Below are positions 13,963 through 27,341 of a DNA stretch of 64,000 nt, piece after piece. The notes beneath the pieces were generated by a model. The model saw only the letters and a program-made list of their open reading frames with translations. It searched no databases and was not told the origin of the DNA. The position numbers were made by a program, and so were the translations under genes. Source of the DNA: Botryllus schlosseri (Eukaryota); NCBI GenBank assembly GCA_051294905.1, contig CM119372.1, positions 9,860,001 to 9,924,000 of the forward strand. The letters run 5' to 3'. Every line of letters starts with the position of its first letter. Position 1 is the stretch's first letter.

Positions 13963-14992
13963 GTCAAGGTGAATGATAAAAATTCGACAATGGCACCTTG
14001 GAAGTACTTTTGTTGTTGGTTATAGGTAACCTTAATAGAAATACGGGTGACGCGTATCTATCTGGACGCTGTGCCAGATTTTACTCAATTCTAAATTATA
14101 TAGCACGCAGCTACAATCTAGAAATATTTGGATTGATTTTGTTGCAACGCAAACCATGATTATCTGTAAAATCCTTTCAATAGGATTCGACTCAAGCAAT
14201 CTTGTGGGTGGTACTAGAGTTAACCGCGGCGCACGGTATGAATTTTGTTGACTGGACGATGTGATGTGACAGCCCATTTACTTAATATGGGGCGTCTTGG
14301 CTAAGGCGCGTGTTATATGAATGACACGTAATCGAGACAATCGAGCTGTTCCTGATCCACTGTGACAGAACTTTTTATCGTCCCCACAGTTAGCGTCCGC
14401 AGTGGCCCTGCGTATTATCTTGTGGTTAATTTATAGACACTAGTTATAGATCGTACACAACGCCAGGTAAATGGTGATGTATAGTCACCACCTTTTCCAA
14501 TAATAGTAATACGAATTGTAATCATAGCGTCAAGTAAGTTCTTGCCACAAAAATTACGCATATCCGTCGTGACTCTAGCTACCTTCTGATATTTTACTCG
14601 CCGAAAACATACATTTGTTACATAATATTTCTTCGAACCCAGAAGTAATCACATATGCTGTTGACTTATTTTCGCTTTGCGAGTGCAACGGGTGGCCTCG
14701 GCTACCCTAAATCTGAAATAGGTTTTGCGGTATACAAACAAGTGGATATACACCATAGAGGTAGAGGCTGATAAAGATCAAGGAGCGTATCACCATATGA
14801 ATCACACGTGACACATCTTAGCAACCATCACAAGTGCATTGTTTCTTGATTACTATTAGCTCGTATGCATGCGCAGCCCATGTTCCTATATCTATCGTGA
14901 TAAAGAATGACATGACGTATATTAGACGTATTTCATTTGACTTTCGCACGTCATAGAGCTGGGGTAGGCAACCTCCGGCCCATGAGTCACAC

Positions 14993-15566
14993 CATAGTGT
15001 CCTATAATGGTGTCGACACAAGCAAATCTCACAGCTCAGTGAAATTGTATCATGTCACAATTTCCATTTGGCTACAGGCAATTTGACAGTCATTTTTGAC
15101 CGGCTTGCCGAGCATTAAATTTGGTAAAACGGGTATCAATCGAAAGCTGACTCTGCACTATTACGAAAATATAAATTTTATTCTGCTCGCGGCCCTGGAA
15201 CCCCCACAATTTTTGATTGTTCTGGAGATTGGCATTGGGACGCAACAATGCTGTCTGACGAAACGAGAGAGTAGCTCAAGAGAAAAAGAGCGAACAGCAT
15301 TGTTGCGTTCCGATGCCAATCTCTATAACAATGAAAAATTCGAGGCTGATTGTGGGGGTTCCAGGGCCGCGAGCAGAATAAAATTTATATTTTCGTAATC
15401 AGTGCAGAGTCAGCTTTCGATTGATACCCATTTTACCAAATTTAATGCTCGGCAAGCCGGTCAATAATGACCGTCAAATTGCCTGTAGCCAAATGGAAAT
15501 TGTGATGTGATACAATTTCACTGAGCCGTGAGATTTGCTTGTGTCGACACCATATAGGACACTATG
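14993..15566. mobile_element. Foldback/MITE that is almost entirely a long inverted repeat; possibly P-element-derived
   Basis: ~260-bp near-perfect inverted arms, CATAG...CTATG termini, 7-bp TSD GTCACAC/GTTACAC; the superfamily call is an inference. Confidence 0.85.
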
Positions 15567-15902
15567 GTTACACCATCTGTTTTTATCCACCCGCGAACAC
15601 CTGTCTGCGCGCAATTCTGCCCGAAACTTAAATGTTTTGCGCTTGCGTATACCCGTTCCTTTGCAGTCTTCTATAACTCATAACATGTCATTTTATGAAA
15701 GCGCAGCGAACCACGGGTACTAACGTGCCAATAGCGAGAGTGTAGCGAATACGGCTTGTTCCACCGTTGCGAAACCAGTGGATTCGAGACTGGCGGCGGG
15801 CGATTCTGTACATTCTACACCGCCAGTGAGTGTCTGAAGTTTATCCATAGTTTCCTAATCCTCAGTTGATCCACGTCGACCGTGTTCTACTATAGCCTAA
15901 AG

Positions 15903-17154
15903 CAGGGGTGGGCAATTATTTTCCTCCGCGGGCCAAATGAGAAAAATAGATACGTTGGCGGGCCGAGTGAAAAAATTTAGCTATATTCTCCTGCGTACTT
16001 TAATTTTATTCCAAAATGACATTCTTAATAAATGTTGCTAAGTGAATGTGTTGATATTAGGTAATTTGAAAGTGACGGTGAATTAGAAAAATATCTATTA
16101 GCTGTGACGATAGGAAACAGTGTTACATTTTAGCTCTCTTTAAACCCCTATCAAAGTTCTTCTATTAAGACTCTAAAACAGTGGTTCTCCTTTTATGATA
16201 GTGAACAATTTCGCGCCCACTTATCATGATATCATAAAATATAGAAAAGTGCAACCAGAACGCTAGCAATACCAACGGATAGTTTGATGGCATGGAAGAT
16301 TATGGCTGTTGATGAGAGAATCGTGAAATATAAAAGGCGGAGCTGGGGGCATATCGCGCCGAGCGCGAAAAATGTTTTCAACTTTCATCTTCGGCTTTGC
16401 GCCACCCTTCTGATGCTTTCACGTTTCCCAGTTCGAGAACCACTGCACTTAAATGTATATCCAATAGTACAAAGCTTATTTTCATGTTCGCTGCCTTCCG
16501 AGCAGTGTGCAGGATAAATAGCATTTATGTTGAGCGAAGCTTGACGTTTTTCTAAACTTCGCCCACCCTTGACCGAGTGTTTCGTGCTTTTGTCGTAAGA
16601 CCGACTTTGAGTAAAATCCTATATCTCAGCGACATGATCGGCAAAAACTGAAAGGATCGATGGCTTTACCCCTGGCTCCAGTATGCGACTATATAGGCTT
16701 TCTTTTTTTTGGCATGCCCGTTAATCATTTATAAGAGATATATATGATGAGTCATATAGTAATCGCGAGCACTGATTGACTTGTTTTACGAATTAGGGAT
16801 TCGGAAACATATCACGTCACGAATTGAAACACATGCCGTATAATGCGTAATGTGACAATGTCAAGAAGGTTTTAACTAAACTATATGGAAAAAGTGATTT
16901 CTTGTGACTTCAATTGCTACTGACGCTTTGCCACATTGCTTTTATTTTGAATGTGGATTACGCATGCCAGGTACGTAGGCAGCGTATAATCGTGACATAT
17001 TAACGAATAGACTTCAAAGTAATAGAATTTCGTGTTCATATGATACAGCCTATGTGTTTAGTCATTCAAAAAGCAAGTTTTATGTTTTGAATGCCAAGCA
17101 ACCTTTCGCGGGTCGCACAAAATAGCTTCGCGGGCCGCACTTTGCCCAGGTCTG
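15903..17154 (+). mobile_element. Non-autonomous hAT element (CAGGGGTGGGCAA family) with nested ~270-bp CAGTGGTTCTC MITE
   Basis: Perfect 8-bp TSD GCCTAAAG (15895-15902, 17155-17162); nested element ~16179-16445 with CAGTGGTTCTC / GAGAACCACTG ends. Confidence 0.9.
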
Positions 17155-20100
17155 GCCTAAAGCGATAGTGGGTCATACTAGCTGTATGTTGCTTCGACAA
17201 GTCCGGAATATTTGTAATATTTGTAATTAATATTTGTAATTAACAATGTCTGTCTGTCCGTCTGTCTGTCTGTCAAATGGTCAATGATGTCGGAACACCA
17301 AGGACAGCCCGGCATTGAATAACTGATCCACATTTAATGACATTTTGCATGGTTCGACTATAGATAACCAGCCTAGAGGTGGAGGGGAAACACGTGACTG
17401 CACGATTGGACAACTGAAAACATCTAGCAATTTCTGGTCGCTTCGTAAACAGATATGGTAGCTGCACCAAAATTGCCCTCAAAAGTTAAAAATGAACATT
17501 TTCGGAACAATCGGAGCAATACAATAGTGTTCGGGAACCTATGGCTCGCGAGCCATATATGGCTCTTTGAGAAATTTTTAATTTTGTACTTAATTTATCA
17601 ACATTACAGCAACTTGTTGATAAATTTTCATGGCGGCGAGAATAATTATTCTCGTGGCTGCACAAACATGTCTTTGAGAGGCCAAGACAGTGGGGTATGC
17701 AGGGCTAGGGGCTCGCACCGCCCTCTTTTCCAAATCCAAAATTCAAGTTGCTGTCGCACTGGCGACTACCACCGTCCGCGAATTCGATCTATACCAACCA
17801 TCGGACGCTCAGCAATCTTGGATTGCACGATACCTTGATTGGCCAAAAAGAATAGCAGACATGGCGACACTTGTAGGACAATGCAGTTTTCAGATACACA
17901 ATGTCTTCCTGATGTACACCGAGAAATAAAATGCCTTTGAAGTGACCTTTACAAATTCAAATTCAAATTAAAAACAACGCTATGCCTATTTTTTTTCTTG
18001 GTTGGTTATTAGCTTTTAGCATCGCCGTAAAAAAATGTGAGTGTGTAACGCAGCGTTACGTTACGCCGAATATTTTAGGAGTCGATTAATGCTTCGATTA
18101 TTAGAATCAGTGCGATAATTACATTTGATTAATATCAGTGATTATAAATTCTAAGCTACTTTCGACGAGTTGCACTCTCGCAGGTGAGGCTTGACCCGCC
18201 TGTGCCTCATCTGAATCGTACCTCTCATTTCGCGCTTTATTTTCGAACAGTAAATATGAAAAGACCGTGTTTTGGGGAATAAAAAGGCTCAGAATCTAGT
18301 CATTCATAAAAATCGGTAGAAGATTCCAATAACCCTTGAAGGGTTCAAAATACTCCTTCACTCATCCCTGACGACATCTGAGGCACTGCCTCACTTGCCT
18401 CCCCTAACCCCACGTCACTGAAGTATCACACGGTGGGTATGTACTGTGGTTGGAACTATGTTTGGCTCCACCTACGCATGTTGGCAGAGAAATATGGCGA
18501 ACACTACGAATCCCATATAGTAGTGCTACCAATGCGTCTCGGATGTTCAATGGTGACGTAACAGTTTATTGACAGTCGAAAAAGGTTCCCGACCACTGTA
18601 ACAATGACCATAACACTGACCTATTGCAGCGTTCTGATTGTCCGGAACAATGCCGATTTCCGACTTTAACGGATTTTGGGGGTAGTTAAAGCGCCTTGAC
18701 CAGATTATCTTGTATATTTTCAGGATCAGTGCAACAGTAGCTTTCGTTAAGGGCCATTTTAAATAAAATTTGCACTCGTATCGTACGGAATAACATCAGC
18801 ATTACTTTACGAAGCAACCAGAAATTGCAAACCCTGGCCTAACCGGTGGCCCAACAGTGCAGTCAGGTATTTCGCAATTTCAACAGCCAGCCTCAATCTC
18901 ACAAAAGTATCCAAGCGACATCAATCATTGTGGCCGATCTGGTCCCATTAACGCGATGTATCTGATTCGAAGGAAATATAACACTTTCTTAGTAACAATT
19001 TACCGCGTGATCGGCCTACTACTCACCATATCACGGTAACTTACTTCGTACTTCGATGTTCTCTCATTATTGCATGAGACTCTTTTACGCTACCTACGAC
19101 AATGACGTATCTGAATAAACTGTGTTGAGTGTATCTGTGGATTGAGAATTTACTACCAGGACAGGAACGGATGCAGGTCAAGTTACTGGTACAGCGCTAA
19201 CCATAATATTTGGTTAGCTACCATTGTAGTTCGGGCATAGCAAATCCGCAAGCTGCTGCACCATCCCATTGGAGCCCCCCACACGTCGTGATATCATCAT
19301 AATTCGAAAATAGAAACATTTTATTTCTGATAGGCTATTGTGAAGAGCCTACGGTCACCTATCATGAAAATCTTCGCACCTTGGACGTAAATGTGCTATG
19401 ATTGATAGTCATATATGTGAGCGCCCAGCCAAACATGCTGTCAACGACCAATAGAGGGTCGCAGATTGACATTACTTCAAACACGCGAAAACAACACTGT
19501 TAAAATGCGATGCCATGTAAACCCCCTTGTTACGGCATGGCGATTCTATTAACACGGACTTGAATTCCATGTCGCAGCGTGCGGTGACGGTCCTCAGTCC
19601 TTGGTGAGTTATGGTTGAATTTTGAACAAGGAAGAATGTTTCCTTGCTCTGACTAATCAAACGTTGATGACACAACAAGGAAACGATGGTTCTGCAAAAA
19701 ATACCAAATGAGCTTCCGCGTACTCTTTGCAACTTGATGACTCGTATAAAACCTATCTTGATAGTCGCAACAAACCTGCTCGTATATCTTAAATCAAACA
19801 TTGTTTGGTTATACACGTGGTCAGTATCCATGTGATAGAAGGTTTCATCCCCAGGTCAATAGACATCTCCCTGGTTTTGCGCCATGCGTTCGCTAAAGAC
19901 GGAATGCAACACAATTTCGGAGTCTGGAATCCCAGTAAATGGCTCACGGCTCGCCATCCAAAAACAAACATGACCCGTCAAAGCTGTCATCGGTGGTTAT
20001 CGTATTTGCACAATTCAATCCATATTGCTTCGTAATATTGTAAAATTTTGGATGCCAATTTAGTCACTGTGTCGAACTTAAAAGCGACATTAAACAGAGG

Positions 20101-21452
20101 CTCGGACGATTTCGATGATGGTATGGAATAGGAGTGAGAACATGTCTCAATGTAGGAGTTCTGTCACCCACGGGAGTGCGTCAAAATAGTAGCCCTGCAG
20201 ACGCAGAGCATAATAAATTAAACGTGATGGCTATTTTTGCATTTACCTAACATCTCAACCAGTATAGTCATGACTGACTGTTGCGGCTTGATAACACGCC
20301 AGTTGATGCAAGCGTCGCGTTTCTTAAGTCTTGTACTTGAAACGTTTCAGATGGAGCAGGCGATACCCAAGGAGGAGACATGCGGCGTTGTTGCTGTTGC
20401 TGCTCTCAGGTCGTGATTTGTCATATGAAACGAGTTGTAGTACTCATATAGGTCAGTGCAAAATACTATTAGACGTCGAGCACCAAATGTCAACTCATCA
20501 ATGATGATCCGAATTTATTAGCCGCTCTACATCAGGCTGATATTATCTCTTGATATCTGAGCTGCTGACTTTTAGCATTGCCCGCTGGCCTTCCGAGATA
20601 TTTGACAGACATAGTTTACGCGGATCGGATGGCTGCAAGGAGCGTAGCTGGACTTCCAAGACGTGGGTCGTGAGCGGAAGTCCCATTTTGCGCGGCCAAG
20701 TTCAAAAGTTGAATGCAAGAAGCCCGTGACGCGCGACAGCCTTTTAAACTTTTCAGTGTGATGCAGTATGAGCACGATAACAAAAACCTATCAATAGCAC
20801 CTGCGCGAGAGATGAATTAAAGAATGGAATCGGTCTTGAAAACGTAATTGAATTGGGGATCTGATTTGTGGGGGAAAATATCTTTATATATAGACGATGT
20901 TGAACATAGTCCTGTTAAGGTTCCTACGCCGGTTAACTGCTACTACATTGTACATTCATTGTATTGCAGACATTGCCATGTAGCCTAACTGTACAAGACC
21001 AAAGTTAGGCACACCTCAAGTTGCGAGTCGGTGGACAAATTCTCCAGGAATCATGTCCAGTCCATCTATATCCGTACAATTTCCATCCCCGAACCGATTT
21101 CTCATTTCTCGACTTTTTGTTGTTTTTCTCGGCATTTGCGTATCCTTTGTTGAGTGCGTTCGCGCCGAACAATGGCACTGAAGGTAGAGCAAATGCTGCC
21201 CACGGCGCGAGCGTTGACCGGCAATGATGTTTCAAAAGGGAAGTAGTTTTTGCAACCCGGGTAAAGCTGAACCTATTTTTGAATATTTTTGCTGTCCAGA
21301 ACCTGGGTTTTGAATCAATGGCCACATGTTTTTTTCCACACTATAGACTAGATACTTTTCATTGTTACTGCTCGTCACAGCATCTACTGTATGTTTTCCT
21401 AAGCGAAAGAGCTGTTTGTTTCGTTCATTTCCTGCCCATATATTTGGTTCAG

Positions 21453-22620
21453 TAGGGTTGCATTTGAAACAAAAATCATTTTAAAACAAAATCTACTCAA
21501 GTACGAGTAAAAGTACTTTAAATCTACTGAAGTCATTAAGTAGTTGTGAAAACGATAGTAATTTGCTCGCATGGACTACCAAAAGCTGCAATTAGAGTTA
21601 TGCGGAAGGTGTAGAGGAGCTTGATTCATATTGATGCATCGCAGGAATTGTCAATTTTTGACAGAATAAGCAGTCGTCCACATCATGGGATGTAAATGAT
21701 AGTATTGATATGGAAATGCGATACTAATCCTTTGTTTACTCGAACACCCCGTTTTAGAGAATTTCATGGCATGGAGCCCTCTCCCATATTGTAAGGCCCC
21801 CAGTTCAGTCGAAGAGCAATACGGAGAAGTTTTGCCGGATACGGCTTTAAAACTTTGCGCAATTGGTATACGATACGGTAATTAAAAATATGGCAGATCG
21901 TAAAAATGCCATATAATGTATAGCTTTATTTTCGAAAAATATAAGGCATTACTACACTTGGTTTTATACTTCAACAGATAGGCGCCGAGTTACAGGGTGG
22001 CGGGGTGGCGCAGCCACCCCATGACACAATTATGGGGTGGCGGCCACCCCATAAAAAATGCTTAAAGGCCCGCCGTCTGCGCTGTCAATTAGCGAGTCTG
22101 TGATATTGTGTGGATGCCAACGTTTACCATTGATCGATGCGCGCGCTCGGCGACGACGAACTAGTGCTTAAAACACACCAATAAATTGTAATCCATGATT
22201 AGCAATCATACAATCGAAGCGACCTCGTTGACAACATCGATTTCTACACGCTTGCGCTGGGAAACACCATCTCCTTTCTCGACCAGACGAACGAATTCAC
22301 GTTCTACTTGTTTCAAACATGTTTTTATTGTTTTTTTAAGCCATGACGTCAGGAATATTCGATTATGACGACATAGTGGATTGGCATTGACAATCGAAAA
22401 TATAGGATAAATCGAAGAAGCGCAAAAATATCTACGTACTGTATCTATTTTGAGGTTTCCAACCATCCACTATCGTATACGTCGGCTATATCCGGTAATA
22501 GTCGTCCGTAGGCTCATACAATATGTTTTTTGGAAAGTATTTACACAATTATGGCATAATTATACAACTTGAAAAAGAAATTGTTTTTTTTAAAAAGCCC
22601 TTGGTATAAATGCAACCCTA
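21453..22620. mobile_element. Interrupted copy of the TAGGGTTGCA MITE family
   Basis: Termini TAGGGTTGCATTT and AAATGCAACCCTA; 22310-22620 is the reverse-complement homolog of 11285-11650; unrelated sequence lies between. Confidence 0.55.
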
Positions 22621-24459
22621 TAGGTAGCAGTATTTGACAAAGTAGCCTAAAAGTGGGCCTTTTCGCTGTTCGCCGTATTAAAAAAACGAAAACCGGGACA
22701 TAAATTAACGTAGCCATATGTTGTTATACATATTACTCAATATTGGGCTATGTATATTACTTAACGCACCTGCTATCGCCATTAACGTCTGAATTTACTG
22801 AATCAGTTGTTAAACCATAAAGTTTTGAAATTCATGTCACGAGTCATTCCAATGTGGGTCACGAAAAATTCCAAATTTACCACCTTCGATAAAAGATCAC
22901 TATATAATATAGTTTGGCCTTTTAGTATGATATATCGTCAGCCATTGTAGCTGTATTATAGGCTTGGATCTTGAGGAATGCTATATGGATGTTTCATAGC
23001 ATTATTTAGTCAAATGGAGGAATGAGAGTATAAAGCTAACAACCTCGTCTATGACGTGCATTCATGGGATATGCAGTATCAGCTTTTGTTATAGTTCAAT
23101 ATGGATAGTCTTCGCTTTTTCCTGCTTCAGTTAACTACTAATGGAACATACATCTATGTCATGTAGCTTAACATGAAACGTTTGGAGCAGCTGGTTCTGC
23201 GTTCTTTCCGAGTGCGCGAAGAATTGTTCTCTCGTCCAAAAACCACAAATGTATCCGAAAACTATGCCATCTGTATATATTGGAAATATATATATTGGAA
23301 ATTCCGAGATTTCCACAGAAGGCATCAATAATGCCCAGATTATACCTGATGCTTTCGTAGTTGGGACTTGAGATTCGTGAATAGTCTCAAATCGGATCGC
23401 ACTGTATAAGTGTATAGTTCTGTTGAAGGTCTGTCGTTTAACGAAGATTGGACTCCAATTTTACTACACCCTCTAGGAGTCTAGGTTATGTCTCTGCACA
23501 CACTTGAGCTTTATAAATTATTTGCAGCACCTGTAGCTGAATTTCAAATATCGTTTGGGTAGTACTGCATCTGAAATTTTTCAATTATAAGATTTAGCCC
23601 GTATCGATCAAAGTTTTGTGTGACTGAGCAGATCAATGGTGCTTCATTTCGGTATTTAGTTTTGTATGAGAGCTGGTGCAAACATATGATTGCAATCTGA
23701 ATCGTGTGTGCAGTTTCGTCGTGCCATTGTAGAGGATCGAAGTGGGCATGACGTATGCTTCTTGTTTTTCAGATCATATGGGCATTTGTTACGTTAATTT
23801 ATGCTATAAATGTGCGAACTCGTTGGAAATTGCATTGCACTCACGGTTCTCTTATCAATGGGCGAAGAGGAAAAGTGAGCTGATTAATCGCGCAGAAAAG
23901 CAAAGAACCAGGTAAAATCAATGTCGAGGTGCAATTTCGACATGAAATATGTCACAGTCGCATCGTTATTGCAGTCAGATCGCAAATCACTAACTGTGAC
24001 GATGACGAGAACTGCAGGGCCGAAACAGCACTTCGTCAGCCCCCCCCCCCCCAAAAAAAAAACGTTGGCTTTGCCCTCAGAGAGATTTATTATTATAATC
24101 ATCAGTGAGCCGTTTTCAATTGCCTCATTTTATTTGATTCATGATTGAATCGGTCAATAATATCAGGAATTGCATATATATTTTTATAAATTATTTGTCC
24201 TCTCTCTGCCCACGTATTCAGATTTACCGGTAGAACTGAGTGAGGTGTTGTCTTGGAATGTAGGACCCGTAAATATGAAGATTAAACACATTCGGGCGGG
24301 CCCGTTGGTATAATGACTTCGTTACATGATGTTATTTCGTGACCTCCTGTCTGCTATGTGAAAAGATATTGAAATCGCACAAACGTACTTAACTTAAAGA
24401 CGCACACAATGTCAAATTGGTATTTTTACACTGACACTGGCAAGGTCTTAAACAGTACT

Positions 24460-24864
24460 TAAAAATTGCCATTTTCAAAAGTTGTATAATTATGCCATAA
24501 TTGTGTAAATACTTTCGAGAAAGGAGAAACATGCAGTTCATGAGGCTACGTACGATCTGCACCGGTTACCGTCGACGTATACGATATGGAATGGTTGGAA
24601 CCCTCGAAATCGTCATCGGTTCAATAGTTATAGCACGTATATAGAGATGATTGGCACGGAATTGATGCTCGGATGCCGGAAGACGCCGCATAACGGTCAA
24701 AGATATTTGAAGCCATATTTACGTATATTTTCAACAGTCGATGCCAATCAACCCCGACGTCACGATTAAAGATCCGTGACCTATTGGGTAAAAAACAATA
24801 AAAACAACAACAACAACAAAAAGGTATTGAACATATTTTTTGTTTTCTTTTAAATGCAACCCTA
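24460..24864. mobile_element. Partial copy of the TAGGGTTGCA MITE family
   Basis: Shares CATAATTGTGTAAATACTTT, GGTTGGAACCCTC and the right TIR TTTAAATGCAACCCTA with 11285-11706. Confidence 0.65.
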
Positions 24865-26857
24865 CCTGTCACATTGTTTTGAGTTTCAGTATATAGACAC
24901 GGCTTATTTTCAACTGCCATGTTTTAAACATTAAAATTTAAATGTAACCTTGTGTGTCTGACATTACTGTTTGCTATTTCGCGTGATCCCTTAGTATTGG
25001 AACTTTCTCCATTCGTAGTGAAAACGCATGACCGGAATTGCAATAATAATCGGAGAAGATGCACCGGCGATTGTGTGATCTGTTGACCAACGGTGACGAT
25101 GGATGAATCTTTGTTATTGTAATTATTCATAGCGTTTATAAAACAATTTAATTCGGCAGCGCTTATGACGTGTATTCCCCGCCTTTGCACATCGCCACAG
25201 AAATAATATTGATCTAGTTTTCCGTAGGGCCTATATATTTGTGACTTATGGGTGTAGGTATTGTATTAGGTACAGGTGTGTGATTGCAGCGTAACTTTTC
25301 CAGGGCATCTGACACATATTGTCACGGAAGCCTGGCTTCAGTGTCATTGGAAAGTTCTCGAGAATCCCTGAAGTTTTCCATGATTGATCGGCTCATCTTC
25401 TGGAATTTAGTGACAATAAAGACGTGACGTTGGTAAATACATTTCTATCTAATGCAGTGGATTCTGTGAGACAAAGTAATCAGTCTAGCGATGATGCATT
25501 TTATCAACAAATCAGTCGAGGATCTTTTTCGTTTCAGCTACCAAACCGGTGTCGCCTAGAATTATGGACGTGGACGTTAATATCAATGCATCCTCAACGC
25601 CAAGTGTACTCAGCTCGACAACAATGGAGTGAGTGTGACTCAGTGACGTGCGGTCAGGGGAAGCTAGTGAGGCAGTGTCTCACGAGTCGTCAGGCTGAGA
25701 AAAAAGAAAATGTGACACCTTCAATGACTATAACAGTAATCGTTATGCTATTTTCCATTGGCGTTCATGAATGACTAATTTTGAAACATTTTGATACACG
25801 AAATCACGGAATTTATATATTTATTATTCAAAAGTACAGCGCGAAAGCAGTGGTAAGCACAGACTGACCAAGCCTAACCCGTGATAACGCAATTCCTCAT
25901 AAACAGCTCAGAATTTTTATTAATTGACAATAATCGAATGCTATCGTCGTACTGATTTCGAAAATCTAAATATTAATAATGTCAGAACACCAGAACCCCC
26001 TCAAAATCGCCGGGGAATGTGAAATTCAGGATTGTTACGTACAATGACAGCACATAGAAACAATGACCAGGTGAGGCACATATGGATTTGCCTCGCCTAC
26101 TGTTAGCTAGCATAATCGCACAATCACAGCGCAATGATAAAATGCGGTATCAGTATATGGATCGTGTAGTTGCGATGGCGACCATGTAGTGCAGAGCAAA
26201 TACATTATCTTACTGATCTATCTGTTAATGTATTTTCCGTCCACACCTATACCTCCCATTGTATTGTGGTTACCTATTCTACCTTCTTGCGCAGTCTGCG
26301 TGTAAATGGTACTAATGTGATAAGAGACAAATGAATCGGCCACCATTTTGATTATATATATTTGTAAACATGACTCCAAAGGTTCAGTATCTCAGCAGCC
26401 ATGAACCTCACCGCGCGTCACTGGTGTGACTGTATGTTTTTATATGTAATTGAATATATATTCCAAATGAAAATACATGACCGTGAACTTTTTTAATGTT
26501 TTCGAAATTGAAATGGGCGTCATCACTCATAGTGTGGCAACCGGCACTTCACAAATATTATTTAAAAAATAAAAATTACACAAAATCTTGATTTTAGTTT
26601 CAAATAAGTCGGACGCATTTCCTATTAGTAAATAGTACATACATTCCCGTGTATTCTATCTTCTTGTCAATTTCCCCGAAACGTTTTTGTTTCAAACTAG
26701 CTTTTTTCAGAAGTCTAATCGGGTCATTGTGTGCTATGTGTAATATTTTAAGGCTGCATGCGCCTGTCAAAAATTCCATAAGGGTTGGAAGACGATCTTC
26801 ATTAATCTGGGAGCTTGACTATTATCGCTTTGCAAACATTTTGTCGCGAGTTTATGG

Positions 26858-27280
26858 TGACTCGACTTGACTCGAGTCATTTTTCCAAATTCGTAAAATG
26901 ATTCGTCTCGACTCGAGTAAATTTTTGTATTGACTCGACTTGTACTCGAGTCACTGTGCACGACTCGAACGAAGTCATATGACTCGAGACTATGACGACC
27001 AAGGCAGACATTTCATTGTAAGTTCAAAGAATAGTAAGTCACCACATCATTGGTATTTCGTCTATCATTCATGATAACTGTTAAGAATGAGGTAAATTAT
27101 TATATTAAATTGTGAACATAATGACTTGGACTAGAGTCAAAATACTGTGACTCGGACTCGACCTTCTACTAGCTGACTTGAACTAGGACTTGACTCGGTG
27201 GTGAATTGAAAATGATTCGACTTGACTCGACTCAAAACTATAAAAGTGAGATTGACTTGTGACTTGGAACCTTGTGACCC
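26858..27280. mobile_element. Degenerate GACTC/GAGTC-repeat MITE
   Basis: Collinear homology to 30490-31040; many GACTCGA motifs; termini eroded. Confidence 0.7.
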
Positions 27281-27341
27281 TGCTTTCAAGTATACTTACT
27301 ATTGCCTGAATACCTCAATATTTCATCCTTCATTCCTTCAG

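Noticed and set aside
17688..18420. Possible complete CAGTG-terminated MITE (related end at ~25640)
   Set aside because: Termini only partly complementary and no TSD; boundaries unsupported
19400..21330. Coding-looking stretches and short ORFs in the intergenic region
   Set aside because: No recognisable domain or consistent splice model; may be a decayed gene or element, and needs a translated search
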